64,000 bases of DNA from Oligoflexales bacterium (GTDB taxonomy: Bacteria > Myxococcota_A > UBA9042 > DTJE01). The DNA is taken from assembly GCA_012840965.1 (NCBI GenBank), contig DUVQ01000097.1, positions 5,045 to 69,044 of the forward strand, in the 5' to 3' direction. This document shows positions 1 through 9,477 of the stretch, piece by piece. Under the pieces are notes generated by a model. That model was given only the letters and a program-made list of their open reading frames with translations, searched no databases and was not told where the DNA came from. Positions within the stretch are counted from its first letter, which is position 1, and every line of letters begins with the position of its first letter. Made by a program: the position numbers and the translations under genes.

Positions 1-850
1 GAGGTTCAAAGCCGGCTTTTAGCCCGTTTACAACCCCCAATCCACGGGTGCGCTTGCCAGATAGGGCTGACCTCAACAATTCAATTTCTGTACGGCCTAG
101 TTTTAACCTTTGGTTTTCAGGGATTTGTTCGTGCATCATCACCCGCCTCAATATCTCGGCTAGGTTTTGCAAGGTTGTGCAATTACCTTGGTTTGGGCAG
201 TGCCATACCTTGTCGTCACCTTTTCTGGCAGGGACTTTCCAGGTTTTTGCCCCTTCTGTCACTGTAAGCGCGGATGATTCTCTTGGAGTCCCCAAATTAG
301 TTATTTTATCAACCACGCGCCTGGTGTAACTACGTAAAAACACAGTGTCTTTTATGCCTTTTGTTTGAAACCACTGGTTCATTGCATCAAAGCCAATGAT
401 TTCAACCAATCTGTCAAAAGCTGTGTTATTTGATGGTGTTATAGCCTGTCGTACCAGCTTTGTAATCGTTTGGGTTACATCACCATCTTCATAATGAAAT
501 GTTATCGAAGCCTTAGTTGAAAATTTCTTTGCGTGCAAGACTTCAAGGGCGGCAACCGCAGCGTAAAGCTTGACCATGGATGCTGGCCACCAGTTGTCGC
601 GGTCAAGTGATGTTCCTTTGTAATCAAATCGGTGCTGTACAGTTTTTCCATCAGGCTTTCGTTCAAAGGCGATTATATAAGCCTTAAAGGAGGGATCTGG
701 GGTGTAGCCAGCTGCTTGTAAAAGACTTGGTAATAGTTCGCTGTTTACGGGATCCTGCGATGCTTGATTAGAGTCCATCTGAGCCCCCAAAGCCGGTTTG
801 AAGATGAAGACTAGCAAGATAAGCCATGGGACAAACGACCATTTGTTCAC
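1..850 (-). CDS. class A beta-lactamase-like serine hydrolase (partial; C-terminus runs off window start)
   Basis: Minus-strand frame is open from a GTG at 850..848 to position 1 with no stop, which is why it is missing from the ORF track. Signal peptide MNKWSFVPWLILLVFIFKPALG. SxxK (ASMVK) and SxN (SNN) motifs. C-terminal LLRSAL segment like the region preceding KTG in TEM-type enzymes. Confidence 0.45.
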   Translation of the reverse strand, partial: MNKWSFVPWLILLVFIFKPALGAQMDSNQASQDPVNSELLPSLLQAAGYTPDPSFKAYIIAFERKPDGKTVQHRFDYKGTSLDRDNWWPASMVKLYAAVAALEVLHAKKFSTKASITFHYEDGDVTQTITKLVRQAITPSNNTAFDRLVEIIGFDAMNQWFQTKGIKDTVFLRSYTRRVVDKITNLGTPRESSALTVTEGAKTWKVPARKGDDKVWHCPNQGNCTTLQNLAEILRRVMMHEQIPENQRLKLGRTEIELLRSALSGKRTRGLGVVNGLKAGFEP

Positions 851-860
851 TTTTGTTGCC

Positions 861-1538
861 TCAGATTTTCATGATATAGATCTGTTTTTGCTGAACTTCA
901 TCAAAGACTTCCCTGAATCCTTGTCGAAGCAGGTAGCTGCGGTAGGACTTAACGTTTGTAGTGGCCTCTAACTGGTGGACGTTGCGGTCGCGAAAGATGT
1001 ATGACTTTCTTTGATACAGATATTTGCCAAACTTGAAATCGCGGAAGGGCGGTGCCATGTAGTCGACCAGTATTTCGGCCCTGCCTTCATCAAGCATCTG
1101 AAGGGAAAGAATGCCTACTGGAATCATGTCGCGAAAGAGCAGGAAGGTTTCGCTTTCTTTGACCATTTGATAGTTGACGTTAGGGAAAAAGTGTCGGATG
1201 TCATCTTCGTAAAATTGATAGAACTTGTCGAAATAGTAATGGCCGACGTTGCTTAGGGAATCGACTGAGAATTTGGTTCGATCTCGTGAGTAATCGATTA
1301 GATACCAGATGTTCATTAAGGCGATGTAGCCGTTAACTATGAAGATTGGCATTGCTCCGATTAAGATGCCATAGACCGAGAAGACTGCGGCGCCTATCAT
1401 GTTTAGCCAACGTAGTTTTAACAGCGACTTCATGCTTAATGAAATCGCAATAAGCAGTGAGCCTGCATATCCTATGATTTCAAAAACGCTTTGGAGCTCC
1501 ATGCAAAGTACCTCTTGGGCCAAAGTTTCTGCCCACAA
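861..1538 (-). CDS. hypothetical inner-membrane protein (N-terminal YgjV-like 3-TM domain plus soluble C-terminal domain)
   Basis: 225-aa ORF with hydrophobic N-terminal third (IIGYAGSLLIAISL..., IGAAVFSVYGILIGAMPIFIVNGYIALMNIWYL). No recognisable catalytic motif. Confidence 0.4.
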   Translation of the reverse strand: MWAETLAQEVLCMELQSVFEIIGYAGSLLIAISLSMKSLLKLRWLNMIGAAVFSVYGILIGAMPIFIVNGYIALMNIWYLIDYSRDRTKFSVDSLSNVGHYYFDKFYQFYEDDIRHFFPNVNYQMVKESETFLLFRDMIPVGILSLQMLDEGRAEILVDYMAPPFRDFKFGKYLYQRKSYIFRDRNVHQLEATTNVKSYRSYLLRQGFREVFDEVQQKQIYIMKI

Positions 1539-1567
1539 TTAGGCGGCGAATTGGGGGCGTTGTCAAT

Positions 1568-1618
1568 GTTCCCTGCCTCCTGTCCCTGCCTCCTGTCCCC
1601 GTCCCTGTCCCTGCCCTC
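1568..1618. repeat. (GGGRCA)n hexanucleotide array, C-rich on + strand
   Basis: cctgcctcctgtccctgcctcctgtccccgtccctgtccctgccc. Same family as arrays at 4073, 11075, 20521, 31353 and others. Confidence 0.8.
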
Positions 1619-1851
1619 GCTTGATGGTTTACAGCTGCAACCAGCTTGTAAATCAAAGACTACATCAGGGGATAAATGAATGGGCTGACTGTTGACATAG
1701 ATGAAACGATTATCAAAGCGCCCACCAAAAGAAGGGCCAAGATTAAAGGCAGCAACCAATATTTTTTCCGGGTTCGCATCCAACCCCAAACTTGCTTCAT
1801 CAACGCCACTGAAATCCCCTTTTTGTGCTAAATCAACCCAATCAATTCAAA

Positions 1852-4008
1852 TCAGAACATGTTTTCCAGGTCTGAATCCATTTTGGCCACGTCTTGCCAG
1901 TACCCAGGTTCTGGCCCCTTGCCCGTTAGTCTTCTGATAATGGAAGTTGGCAACAAAACCAAGATAAAAACGGCTCCAAACAACAAATAACCCACGAAGG
2001 AATTGGCCTTGGCACCAAACTGGCTGAGTCGGTTTTCAAAGCCTCTTAACCCACGTGGAAACAAAAGCCCCATCAAAAGCCCAAATGAGGCAAAAAGCCA
2101 AGAACCTGCGGCCAAAACCATGCTTGGAGTCTTAGGTAAAAACCACGCTACAAGCCCCACAAGGGTAAACAGAACCGCAGTTTCAATACCAAAACGACGC
2201 AACTCTCCAACGCGTCTAGGACGTCGAAAAGGCTTTGGTTTTGGTAACTTCTGTCTGGTCCAGTCGTCAGGTTTTTTGGCTAAAAAAGGCCCTGCGGCCA
2301 ACACGTCGATGTCACAAGCCAAGAACGTCTGAACAGCATCTTTTGGGGTACAAACGATTGGTTGGCCTCGTAGGTTAAAGCTGGTATTTAAAACCACCGG
2401 GCAGTTGGTTTTTGAATGAAACGCTTGGATAAGTGATTGAAAATCCGGCTGGTTTTGGATATCCACGGTCTGAATTCGAGCAGAACCATCCACATGGGTC
2501 ACCGCTGGAATGTCGGACCTTAGGACCCCCAACTTGCCAAGTCCCTCTGGTTCAACTTCTGGCGCTGGCAAAAGCCGCTTTTGAGCCACCTGAGTTACCA
2601 GCAACATGTATGGACTTGAACGGTCTAAATCAAACCAGTCGGCAACATGTTCACGCAGAACGGCAGGTGCAAATGGGCGAAATCCTTCACGAAACTTTAT
2701 TTTTTCATTGACCACTCTCTGCATAGTGGGATTTCTTGGGTCCGCTAAGATGCTTCTGTTACCTAGCGCCCTTGGCCCAAACTCCATCGCGCCCACATAG
2801 CGGCCAACTACTTGGCCCAAATCAAGACAGTTTGCAACGGCCTGATCTATGTTTTCTCCAAGCTTTTCATATGGCAACCCGGCAGCTTCAAGCTCAGCTT
2901 GGATCTCAGAGTCATGAAAGGAAGGCCCAAGCAAGGCGCCATTCATGGAGTCGTGCTCAGACGGCTGGCGGGCCGCGCCAGTTGAATACCAACCAACTAG
3001 GGCGGCGCCCAAAGCACCGCCAGCATCACCTGCAGCAGGTTGGATCCAAATGTCGCCGAAATTCCCACTAGCCAGGATTTTCCCATTAGCCACACAGTTT
3101 AAAGCCACCCCACCAGCCAGACACAGGTTTTTGTACCCTGTCAAACGCCCGGCATAGGCTGCCTGACGAACCAAGATGATTTCAGTAACCTCTTGGATCG
3201 ACCTAGCCAAATCCATATGAACCTGTTCCAGCTTTGATTCGGGGGCCCTGGCACGGCAAAACCCATGGAACTTTTTACTGGTGGTTCGCTCGCCATACTG
3301 GAACGAAAACCAATCCATATTCAGTTCAAAGCCGCCATCATCATCAACGGCTACCATGTCGTCCAGAATTTTGCCCACATAAACAGGATTTCCATACGGA
3401 GCAAGCCCCATAACCTTGTATTCGTCGGAGTTAACCTTAAAACCCAAGAATTCAGTAAAAGCTGAATACAGCAGACCAATTGAATGCGGGAATCTGATTT
3501 CTTTAATCAATTCAATTTGATTGTCGACCCCAGCCGCAATCGAAGAAGTGGTCCATTCACCAACTCCATCAACCGTCAAAATGGCAGCCTCGGAAAACGG
3601 CGATGGATAAAACGCCGAAGCAGCATGCGAAAGATGATGTGACGTGTATAGAACAGGCCCTCTATACCGGATTTCCCTCTTCAGGATCCTAGGCAGAACC
3701 AGTTTATCGGCAAACCAAGAAGGCATCGCTTTACAAAAGGGCCCAACCCCTCTCGGAGCAACGTTTACAGAGCTCTGCAAAACTCTTTCAAACTTAATCA
3801 AAGGCTTTTCATAAAAAACGACCATGTCTAGGTCAGCAGCGCCAATTTTCGCCTTATCCAAACAAGCCTGAATCGCATTAAAAGGAAAACTCGGGTCATG
3901 CCTGATGCGAGTAAAGCGCTCTTCCTGGGCAGCCGCAACAATCGCCCCATCAACCACCAAACAGGCAGCACTATCATGATAAAAGGCTGATATACCCAGA
4001 ACGTTCAC
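1852..4008 (-). CDS. carbamoyltransferase (NodU/CmcH/TobZ family) with C-terminal ~150-aa multi-TM extension
   Basis: N-terminus LGISAFYHDSAACLVVDGAIVAAAQEERFTRIRHD matches the carbamoyltransferase N-domain. The ORF track start (4209) lies inside a hexamer repeat (PVPAPVPVP artefact). A GTG at 4008 yields MNVLGISAFYHD. C-terminal ELRRFG plus 3-4 TM helices, possibly SxtJ-like. Confidence 0.7.
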   Translation of the reverse strand: MNVLGISAFYHDSAACLVVDGAIVAAAQEERFTRIRHDPSFPFNAIQACLDKAKIGAADLDMVVFYEKPLIKFERVLQSSVNVAPRGVGPFCKAMPSWFADKLVLPRILKREIRYRGPVLYTSHHLSHAASAFYPSPFSEAAILTVDGVGEWTTSSIAAGVDNQIELIKEIRFPHSIGLLYSAFTEFLGFKVNSDEYKVMGLAPYGNPVYVGKILDDMVAVDDDGGFELNMDWFSFQYGERTTSKKFHGFCRARAPESKLEQVHMDLARSIQEVTEIILVRQAAYAGRLTGYKNLCLAGGVALNCVANGKILASGNFGDIWIQPAAGDAGGALGAALVGWYSTGAARQPSEHDSMNGALLGPSFHDSEIQAELEAAGLPYEKLGENIDQAVANCLDLGQVVGRYVGAMEFGPRALGNRSILADPRNPTMQRVVNEKIKFREGFRPFAPAVLREHVADWFDLDRSSPYMLLVTQVAQKRLLPAPEVEPEGLGKLGVLRSDIPAVTHVDGSARIQTVDIQNQPDFQSLIQAFHSKTNCPVVLNTSFNLRGQPIVCTPKDAVQTFLACDIDVLAAGPFLAKKPDDWTRQKLPKPKPFRRPRRVGELRRFGIETAVLFTLVGLVAWFLPKTPSMVLAAGSWLFASFGLLMGLLFPRGLRGFENRLSQFGAKANSFVGYLLFGAVFILVLLPTSIIRRLTGKGPEPGYWQDVAKMDSDLENMF

Positions 4009-4072
4009 GGCCAAAAAGCCCCCAAGCACAGGGTGATGGAGTATAGCACCGTTGAAGTACGTGGAGAATTCT

Positions 4073-4134
4073 GGGACGGGGACAGGGGCAGGGACAGGTG
4101 GCAGGGACGGGAGGCAGCGACAGGAGGCAGGGAG
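4073..4134. repeat. (GGGRCA)n hexanucleotide array, G-rich on + strand
   Basis: gggacggggacaggggcagggacaggtggcagggacgggaggcagcgacaggaggcagggagg. Confidence 0.8.
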
Positions 4135-4135
4135 G

Positions 4136-4497
4136 CGATTGTGCTGATCTGCTGGATTTGGAGCTAAAAGAAGGTCGAGAGGGCACCCTGCAACATGGTC
4201 CGGGGGCAATCCTGGAGGGCGCTATCGGGAGTTGCCGGGACCCGACGTCTCTTAGCTGACATGAAGAGTGCGCAGCACTCCGTCCGGGCCAAAAGGATGA
4301 ACGTACACGTTAGCAATCGTATATTTTGCCCGGACGATGTCACTAAGAGACAGTCGGGGTGGCTACGGGAGATTTTGGGTCCGGAAGGATGCCCCCGGAC
4401 ATGTTTTAAAACTGTAACGAAGAGGAAAAACGCCAAAAAGAACAAACAACCAGGAACCAGAACATACAAACTAGCAGGATCTGTAGCATCGCCAGGA
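4136..4497. repeat. copy 1 of a ~250-bp structured intergenic repeat element (carries a 112-bp insertion)
   Basis: About 88% identical to 48835..49082 outside the insertion. Contains a long-range inverted repeat aacatggtccgggggcaatcc / ggatgcccccggacatgtt. Flanked by hexamer arrays. Confidence 0.75.
4238..4349. mobile_element. MITE-like 112-bp insertion nested inside the repeat element
   Basis: Absent from the second copy at the identical junction (gggagttgccg|acagtcgggg). Bounded by imperfect terminal inverted repeats GTCTCTTAGCTGAC ... GTCACTAAGAGAC. Confidence 0.55.
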
Positions 4498-4584
4498 TAA
4501 GGGACAGCGCCTGGGCTTGCATCTGTAAACCATCAAGCGTAAGTTAGTCCGTACAGCCCGTTTTACTGACAACTTGGGGGTGCT

Positions 4585-5934
4585 ATGAACTGGTTGAAAA
4601 CCTTACTGCTCCGATCAAGTCTTTCATGGCTAATAGTTGCTGCCAGCCTGGTTTTTGGCGCTTGTGGCTCAGACGATGACCCAGGCCCCTATATCGCGTC
4701 GGATCCGGACAAAATCGAGTTTGACGTGGATTGGAAGCCTGAAACCAAGATGGTTACAGGTTTGGTAAATCATTTAACAAACGCTGATTTCACCACCAAC
4801 ACATACACTTTTGGTGGAACTGCCGAAGAACTGCAGGACTTGGCTGCACTAGCAGTCGGGGACATCGCGGTCGTCGATGATGTTGGGCTGTTCAAGATCG
4901 AAGAAATCACCGTGTCTGGAGACCAGGTTGTTATAAAGACCGCTGATGCCCAACTGTCTGACGCTATTCAGGATGGCACGATTGAATGGGACCTAGGCTT
5001 CGACCCCCTAAGAACCGACCGTTTCATTGGAATCCAGGTTGGCGCATTGGAACCAATGAGGCTTTACCCAAGAAAGGCTGTGGTCAATTCAGCCATTGGT
5101 ATCGTAGAAAAGGTTGAATGGTCTGGTAGCTGGGGTGGCTTTAACGTAAAAATCACCATGGCCCCGGCAGGTGAAAACATTGACTTCACCATTTCCGCTA
5201 GTTACGACGTCGGCAAGGCCAAGGGCAAAATCGTTGGAAAGGGAACCATTCGAGGATACCGGACCAGCGGCCTTGTGCTGTTGGAAAATGGCACCACAAC
5301 AAACTTTAGATTCGTGGCCAGAGGGATAGATGTGGACATGGACCTTGAGTTTGGCGCAGTTGAACTGGGCATGATGGATGGAAACTTCTCGTTTCCGGCA
5401 AAAATAGTGTTGCCTTTTGCGCTAGGACCCATCCCGGCTTGGTATTCCATGGGCTCGGTAATTGAAGTTCAGTCCACCCTTAAAGCTGAAACAAGCGCCC
5501 TAGCCAAGGCACATCTGAAATTTCGTGGAGCGGCGGGCATTAGAAAGGACACAGCTGAGGATAGCGGCTTGATGCCGATGGCAAACATTGACAACATCGA
5601 CGTGGAATTCATCAAAGGTGAGAGCGTTGCCACTTTGACTTCTGGTCTAGGCGTGTTGATACAGTTTCCAAGGATTGAAGTCGGATTGGGGCTGCCTGGA
5701 ACTGGGGCCGAGAGCTACATGACCGTGAAAAACGAGGTTGTAGCAAACACCAATGTTAAATATGAAGCCGCAGGCCCATACCCTGTTATTACCGGTACTT
5801 GTCTTGAAGTTGGTGTAAATTTAGGTGTTTATGTTGGCGGGGCATTCAAGGCTCTTGGTTTCACCTTGGCGTCCAAGGAGTTCCAAGTGGGGGCCAAGAT
5901 CAATCCTAAAAAACGGTTTGGTAAGTGTGAATAA
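4585..5934 (+). CDS. hypothetical lipoprotein
   Basis: 449-aa ORF. Signal plus lipobox LVFGAC|GSDDD. No recognisable domain. Confidence 0.5.
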   Translation: MNWLKTLLLRSSLSWLIVAASLVFGACGSDDDPGPYIASDPDKIEFDVDWKPETKMVTGLVNHLTNADFTTNTYTFGGTAEELQDLAALAVGDIAVVDDVGLFKIEEITVSGDQVVIKTADAQLSDAIQDGTIEWDLGFDPLRTDRFIGIQVGALEPMRLYPRKAVVNSAIGIVEKVEWSGSWGGFNVKITMAPAGENIDFTISASYDVGKAKGKIVGKGTIRGYRTSGLVLLENGTTTNFRFVARGIDVDMDLEFGAVELGMMDGNFSFPAKIVLPFALGPIPAWYSMGSVIEVQSTLKAETSALAKAHLKFRGAAGIRKDTAEDSGLMPMANIDNIDVEFIKGESVATLTSGLGVLIQFPRIEVGLGLPGTGAESYMTVKNEVVANTNVKYEAAGPYPVITGTCLEVGVNLGVYVGGAFKALGFTLASKEFQVGAKINPKKRFGKCE

Positions 5935-5939
5935 TTGCC

Positions 5940-5964
5940 ACAAAAACCACCGCTTTGTGGCGTG
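5940..5964. terminator. candidate bidirectional hairpin between convergent genes
   Basis: gccacaaa-aaccaccgc-tttgtggc. 8-bp perfect stem, 9-nt loop. Lies between the lipoprotein stop (5934) and the proS stop (5968). No T-tract. Confidence 0.3.
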
Positions 5965-5967
5965 CGC

Positions 5968-7476
5968 CTAGTAAGCAATCGCAAAAATGACTTCAGTCGT
6001 TGATGGTTCACCAGAATATATGCAAGTTCCAGGGGTTGCTGTATCTGTAACAATCAAGCGCACCGTCGCTTTGGTGTCAGCCTTAATCTGAGCTTCAGCC
6101 TCTTTACCTGGGTTGAATCTGCAGCGCAGGAACCCACGGCGACCTTGTTCAAAGTGGTCTTTCAGCTCTTGGTAGCTGTTTGCCACAGCAATGCTTGAGT
6201 CGCGTCTGGCCAACGCTTGCTCAAACAGGGCCTTTTGCATGTTTTCAAGCTTGGCGTCCAGCCATTCCTTGGTCAGCTTTTCCAAAGGCACAATTTCCTT
6301 GGAGCCATCAAGGCGAGATTTAACAACAACGTGCCCAGCGTCAACATCCCTTGGGCCAACTTCAATGCGCAAAGGCACGCCACGCTGGGTCCAGAACCAG
6401 TGTTTGTCGCCTGGGCGCATGGTGTCACGCTTATCGACCACAATCTGCTGGGAAGTGGCCTGATTGTAAAACAGCTGCTGGATCTGGTTGTTTCCAAAGC
6501 GTTTTTCAGATGCCTCAACTTCTTCAGGACCAAGCAGCCCGGTCATGGCCTTGTTTATGAACTCATGGACGCGGTTCTTTTCTTCTTCCTTTCTGAAAAT
6601 AGGCACAATCGCGGCCACATATGGAGATACCCTGGGTGGTAATACCAAGCCATCGTCATCACTGTGGCTCATGATTAAGGCTCCAATTAGTCTAGTGGAC
6701 ACCCCCCATGAAGTGGTCCAGGCATGCTGCAACACCTGGTCGCGACCCTCAAAGCGGATCTCAAATGCCTTTGAAAAGTTTTGACCCAGGAAATGGGAGG
6801 TCCCCATCTGAAGTGCTCGTCCATCCTGCATCAGACCTTCGATGCAGTAAGTAGTCACAGCGCCAGCGAATTTTTCAGACTCTGTTTTGGGACCAGAAAG
6901 AACTGGAATAGCCAGGAAATCCTCGGCAAAAGACCGATAAACTTCCAACATCCTAAGGGTTTCCTCGACGGCTTCCTCTGACGATTCGTGGGCGGTATGG
7001 CCTTCTTGCCACAAAAATTCCATCGTCCGCAAAAAGAGGCGGGTTCGACGCTCCCAACGGACCACGTTTGCCCATTGATTTATCAAAATAGGCAGGTCTC
7101 GCCATGAATGCACCCACTGGGCGTACATGTGACCAATAATGGTCTCCGAGGTCGGACGGACCATCAAAGGCTCTTCCAGCTTCTCACCACCACCGTGGGT
7201 CACGACCGCACATTCAGGGGCAAAGCCTTCAACGTGCTCAGCCTCCTTGGTCATGAAGGACTCTGGAATGAACAGCGGAAAATAGGCGTTAACGTGTCCT
7301 AATTCCTTGAAACGCCTGTCTAATTCCCTTTGCATCCCCTCCCATATGGCATAGCCGACTGGTCTAATGACCATACAGCCTCTTACAGGCGCGTAGTCAG
7401 CCAGTTCAGCGGCGGAGATCACGTCAAGATACCACTGATTGTAGTCCACTTCTCTTGGGGCAATATTGTTAGCCAT
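5968..7476 (-). CDS. proS: proline--tRNA ligase, archaeal/eukaryotic-type (class II)
   Basis: 502 aa. Characteristic N-terminus (FxxWYxxVxxxAELxDY), class II motifs, C-terminal Zn-binding domain ending in a terminal Tyr. AGGAG 8 nt upstream of the ATG. Confidence 0.85.
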   Translation of the reverse strand: MANNIAPREVDYNQWYLDVISAAELADYAPVRGCMVIRPVGYAIWEGMQRELDRRFKELGHVNAYFPLFIPESFMTKEAEHVEGFAPECAVVTHGGGEKLEEPLMVRPTSETIIGHMYAQWVHSWRDLPILINQWANVVRWERRTRLFLRTMEFLWQEGHTAHESSEEAVEETLRMLEVYRSFAEDFLAIPVLSGPKTESEKFAGAVTTYCIEGLMQDGRALQMGTSHFLGQNFSKAFEIRFEGRDQVLQHAWTTSWGVSTRLIGALIMSHSDDDGLVLPPRVSPYVAAIVPIFRKEEEKNRVHEFINKAMTGLLGPEEVEASEKRFGNNQIQQLFYNQATSQQIVVDKRDTMRPGDKHWFWTQRGVPLRIEVGPRDVDAGHVVVKSRLDGSKEIVPLEKLTKEWLDAKLENMQKALFEQALARRDSSIAVANSYQELKDHFEQGRRGFLRCRFNPGKEAEAQIKADTKATVRLIVTDTATPGTCIYSGEPSTTEVIFAIAY

Positions 7477-7509
7477 TTGGGAAACTCCTGATTCAAAAAG
7501 GGATTATTC

Positions 7510-8778
7510 CTAGGTTCCAGCCGCATAATCGTCGCGATACTTGATCTGCTCTGGGGTCAAAACGTCCAGGGCCGAGCCCATTGTTGCAAGCTTCAGGGCC
7601 GCGATTTCCTGATCCTGGGCCTCGGGGATGTCATACACCGTGTGTTCCATGGTGTGGCCTTCCTTGGCCAGGCGAATCATCGACAAGAACTGGTTAGCAA
7701 AGGACATGTCCATAACTTCGGACGGGTGACCTTCGGCACCGGCCAGGTTCACCAAACGCCCCTGAGCCAGGACCAGAATTCGGCGACCATTTGGCAACAC
7801 GTATTCTTCGGTATTTGGACGGATTTCGCGTTTGCTGCGCTTGATTTGCTCCAAATCATCGATCTTCAGTTCACAGTCGTAGTGCCCAGTATTACAGACG
7901 ATGGCGCCGTCCTTCATTGCCTCAAAGTGGCGGCCAACGATGACATCCTTCATACCCGTGGCGGTTATGAAGATGTCGCCTTCCAGGGCAGCCTTATCCA
8001 TGGGCATGACCCTAAAGCCATCCAGCCGCGCCTTAAGCGCCGGAATCGGGTCAATTTCAGTAACAATCACGTTGCAACCCATGCCAGAAGCTCGCATGGC
8101 AAGACCACGGCCACAGTGGCCATACCCGGCGATAACAAAGGTTTTTCCTGCCAACAAAACGCTGGTGCTTCGAATGATGCCGTCGATTGAAGACTGGCCG
8201 GTACCGTACACGTTGTCAAAATCCCACTTGGTCTCAGCGTCATTCACCGCAATGATTGGATAGCGCAGCGCGTTGGCCCTGGCCATAGCTCTAAGCCGGT
8301 GGACACCTGTGGTGGTTTCCTCGGTTCCCCCAAGCATTTTCTTGCAATATTCCGGGTGCTTATTGTGCAAGGTGAAAATCAGGTCAGCGCCGTCATCCAA
8401 CGATAGATTTGGTCCAAATTCGATGGTCTTTTCAATCGCCCAGTAGAACTCGTCCACTGAAAGTCCACGCCAGGCATAGATTGACACGCCATCGGCGGCC
8501 AAAGCTGCAGCGACATCGTCTTGGGTGGACAAAGGATTGCAGCCACTCCAGGACAAATCAGCGCCGGCCGCGATCAACGCCTTGATCAAAATGGCCGTTT
8601 CCTTGGTCACATGCAGGCAACCTGCAATTTTGTGGCCCTTTAAAGGCTGTTCCTTGGCGAACCTTTCCGTCAAAGCGGCCATAACTGGCATGTGGGTCTG
8701 GGCCCATTCAATTTTTAACCGGCCTTCAGGGGCAAGCCCAATATCTTTAACTTTATAACGACTGGTTTCTGATAGCAC
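7510..8778 (-). CDS. ahcY: adenosylhomocysteinase
   Basis: YKVKDIGLAPEGRLKIEWAQTHMPVM... and the NAD-binding region match SahH. The GTG at 8778 is preceded by GGAGG with 5-nt spacing, so the ORF track start at 8814 is probably too long. Confidence 0.85.
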   Translation of the reverse strand: MLSETSRYKVKDIGLAPEGRLKIEWAQTHMPVMAALTERFAKEQPLKGHKIAGCLHVTKETAILIKALIAAGADLSWSGCNPLSTQDDVAAALAADGVSIYAWRGLSVDEFYWAIEKTIEFGPNLSLDDGADLIFTLHNKHPEYCKKMLGGTEETTTGVHRLRAMARANALRYPIIAVNDAETKWDFDNVYGTGQSSIDGIIRSTSVLLAGKTFVIAGYGHCGRGLAMRASGMGCNVIVTEIDPIPALKARLDGFRVMPMDKAALEGDIFITATGMKDVIVGRHFEAMKDGAIVCNTGHYDCELKIDDLEQIKRSKREIRPNTEEYVLPNGRRILVLAQGRLVNLAGAEGHPSEVMDMSFANQFLSMIRLAKEGHTMEHTVYDIPEAQDQEIAALKLATMGSALDVLTPEQIKYRDDYAAGT

Positions 8779-8869
8779 TTGAACCTCCTCTATTTGACCA
8801 CGGCAACCGCTCAATATAGACTTCGGCGTCCTTTCAGGGGCGGTCCTTCAGGACGCGTGATGCTATTTT

Positions 8870-9439
8870 ATGGACGCGGATCTGTCAATCAACAGCCTTG
8901 TAAAAGTCACTGGTTCAACGGCTCTTTTGGGCCTGGGATCAAACCTTGGGGATAGGATTGGCTGGCTGTATTATGGCCTCGCGAGACTGGGAGGTCATAG
9001 TGACATACGCATTGAGGCGGTTTCAAGCATCTGGTCGACCCCACCTGTGCAGGCTGCTGGTGGGGAATTTTTAAACATTGCAGTCAGGGTTAACACAAGT
9101 CTAAACGCCCACGAATTATTGCAGGCCGTCAAAGGGATTGAGGCTGAAACTGGTCGTTCGGGTAGCTTAAGCGATGCAAGGCGGCTCGACATCGACATCA
9201 TCTACTTTGGGGATTCGATCATAGATGAATCAAGTCTTGTGATCCCACACCCAAGGCGCCTGATGCGTTCATTTGTGCTGGCGCCTATCGCAGAGGTCTG
9301 TGGAACGGCGGTAGACCCAGTATTTAAAACGAGAATCTCTGAACTTGCATATTTGAAGCTTCCCGGTTTAATACCAAGTGCAACCCGGGTCTTTCATCCA
9401 GGCTGGCATGGTTCGCCGCGTTCGGGTAAATTCGGGTAA
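8870..9439 (+). CDS. folK: 2-amino-4-hydroxy-6-hydroxymethyldihydropteridine diphosphokinase
   Basis: LGLGSNLGD ... LDIDIIYFG ... IPHPRRLMRSFVLAPIAEV match HPPK signatures. Confidence 0.8.
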   Translation: MDADLSINSLVKVTGSTALLGLGSNLGDRIGWLYYGLARLGGHSDIRIEAVSSIWSTPPVQAAGGEFLNIAVRVNTSLNAHELLQAVKGIEAETGRSGSLSDARRLDIDIIYFGDSIIDESSLVIPHPRRLMRSFVLAPIAEVCGTAVDPVFKTRISELAYLKLPGLIPSATRVFHPGWHGSPRSGKFG

Positions 9440-9477
9440 AAAAGATGAACTTTTATCAGGTGCGTCGGAGTCAGGAG

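Noticed and set aside
48-329. ORF 48..329 (+), 93 aa
   Set aside because: It is fully overlapped by the better-supported minus-strand beta-lactamase-like frame that is open from 850 to the window edge. It has no RBS or domain.
1011-1789. Overlapping small ORFs 1011..1256, 1472..1789, 1491..1679 and 1701..1937
   Set aside because: They lie antisense to, or overlap, the better-supported membrane-protein and carbamoyltransferase genes or the hexamer array. They have low complexity and no motifs.
4360-4400. SRP (4.5S/ffs) RNA gene, because of the exact GGUCCGGAAGGA motif
   Set aside because: The motif occurs in both copies of a dispersed repeat. The rest of helix 8 and the conserved AGCAGC/GGAA symmetric loop context are absent. 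A single-copy ffs gene is not expected to be duplicated with a MITE insertion. Kept only as a motif observation.
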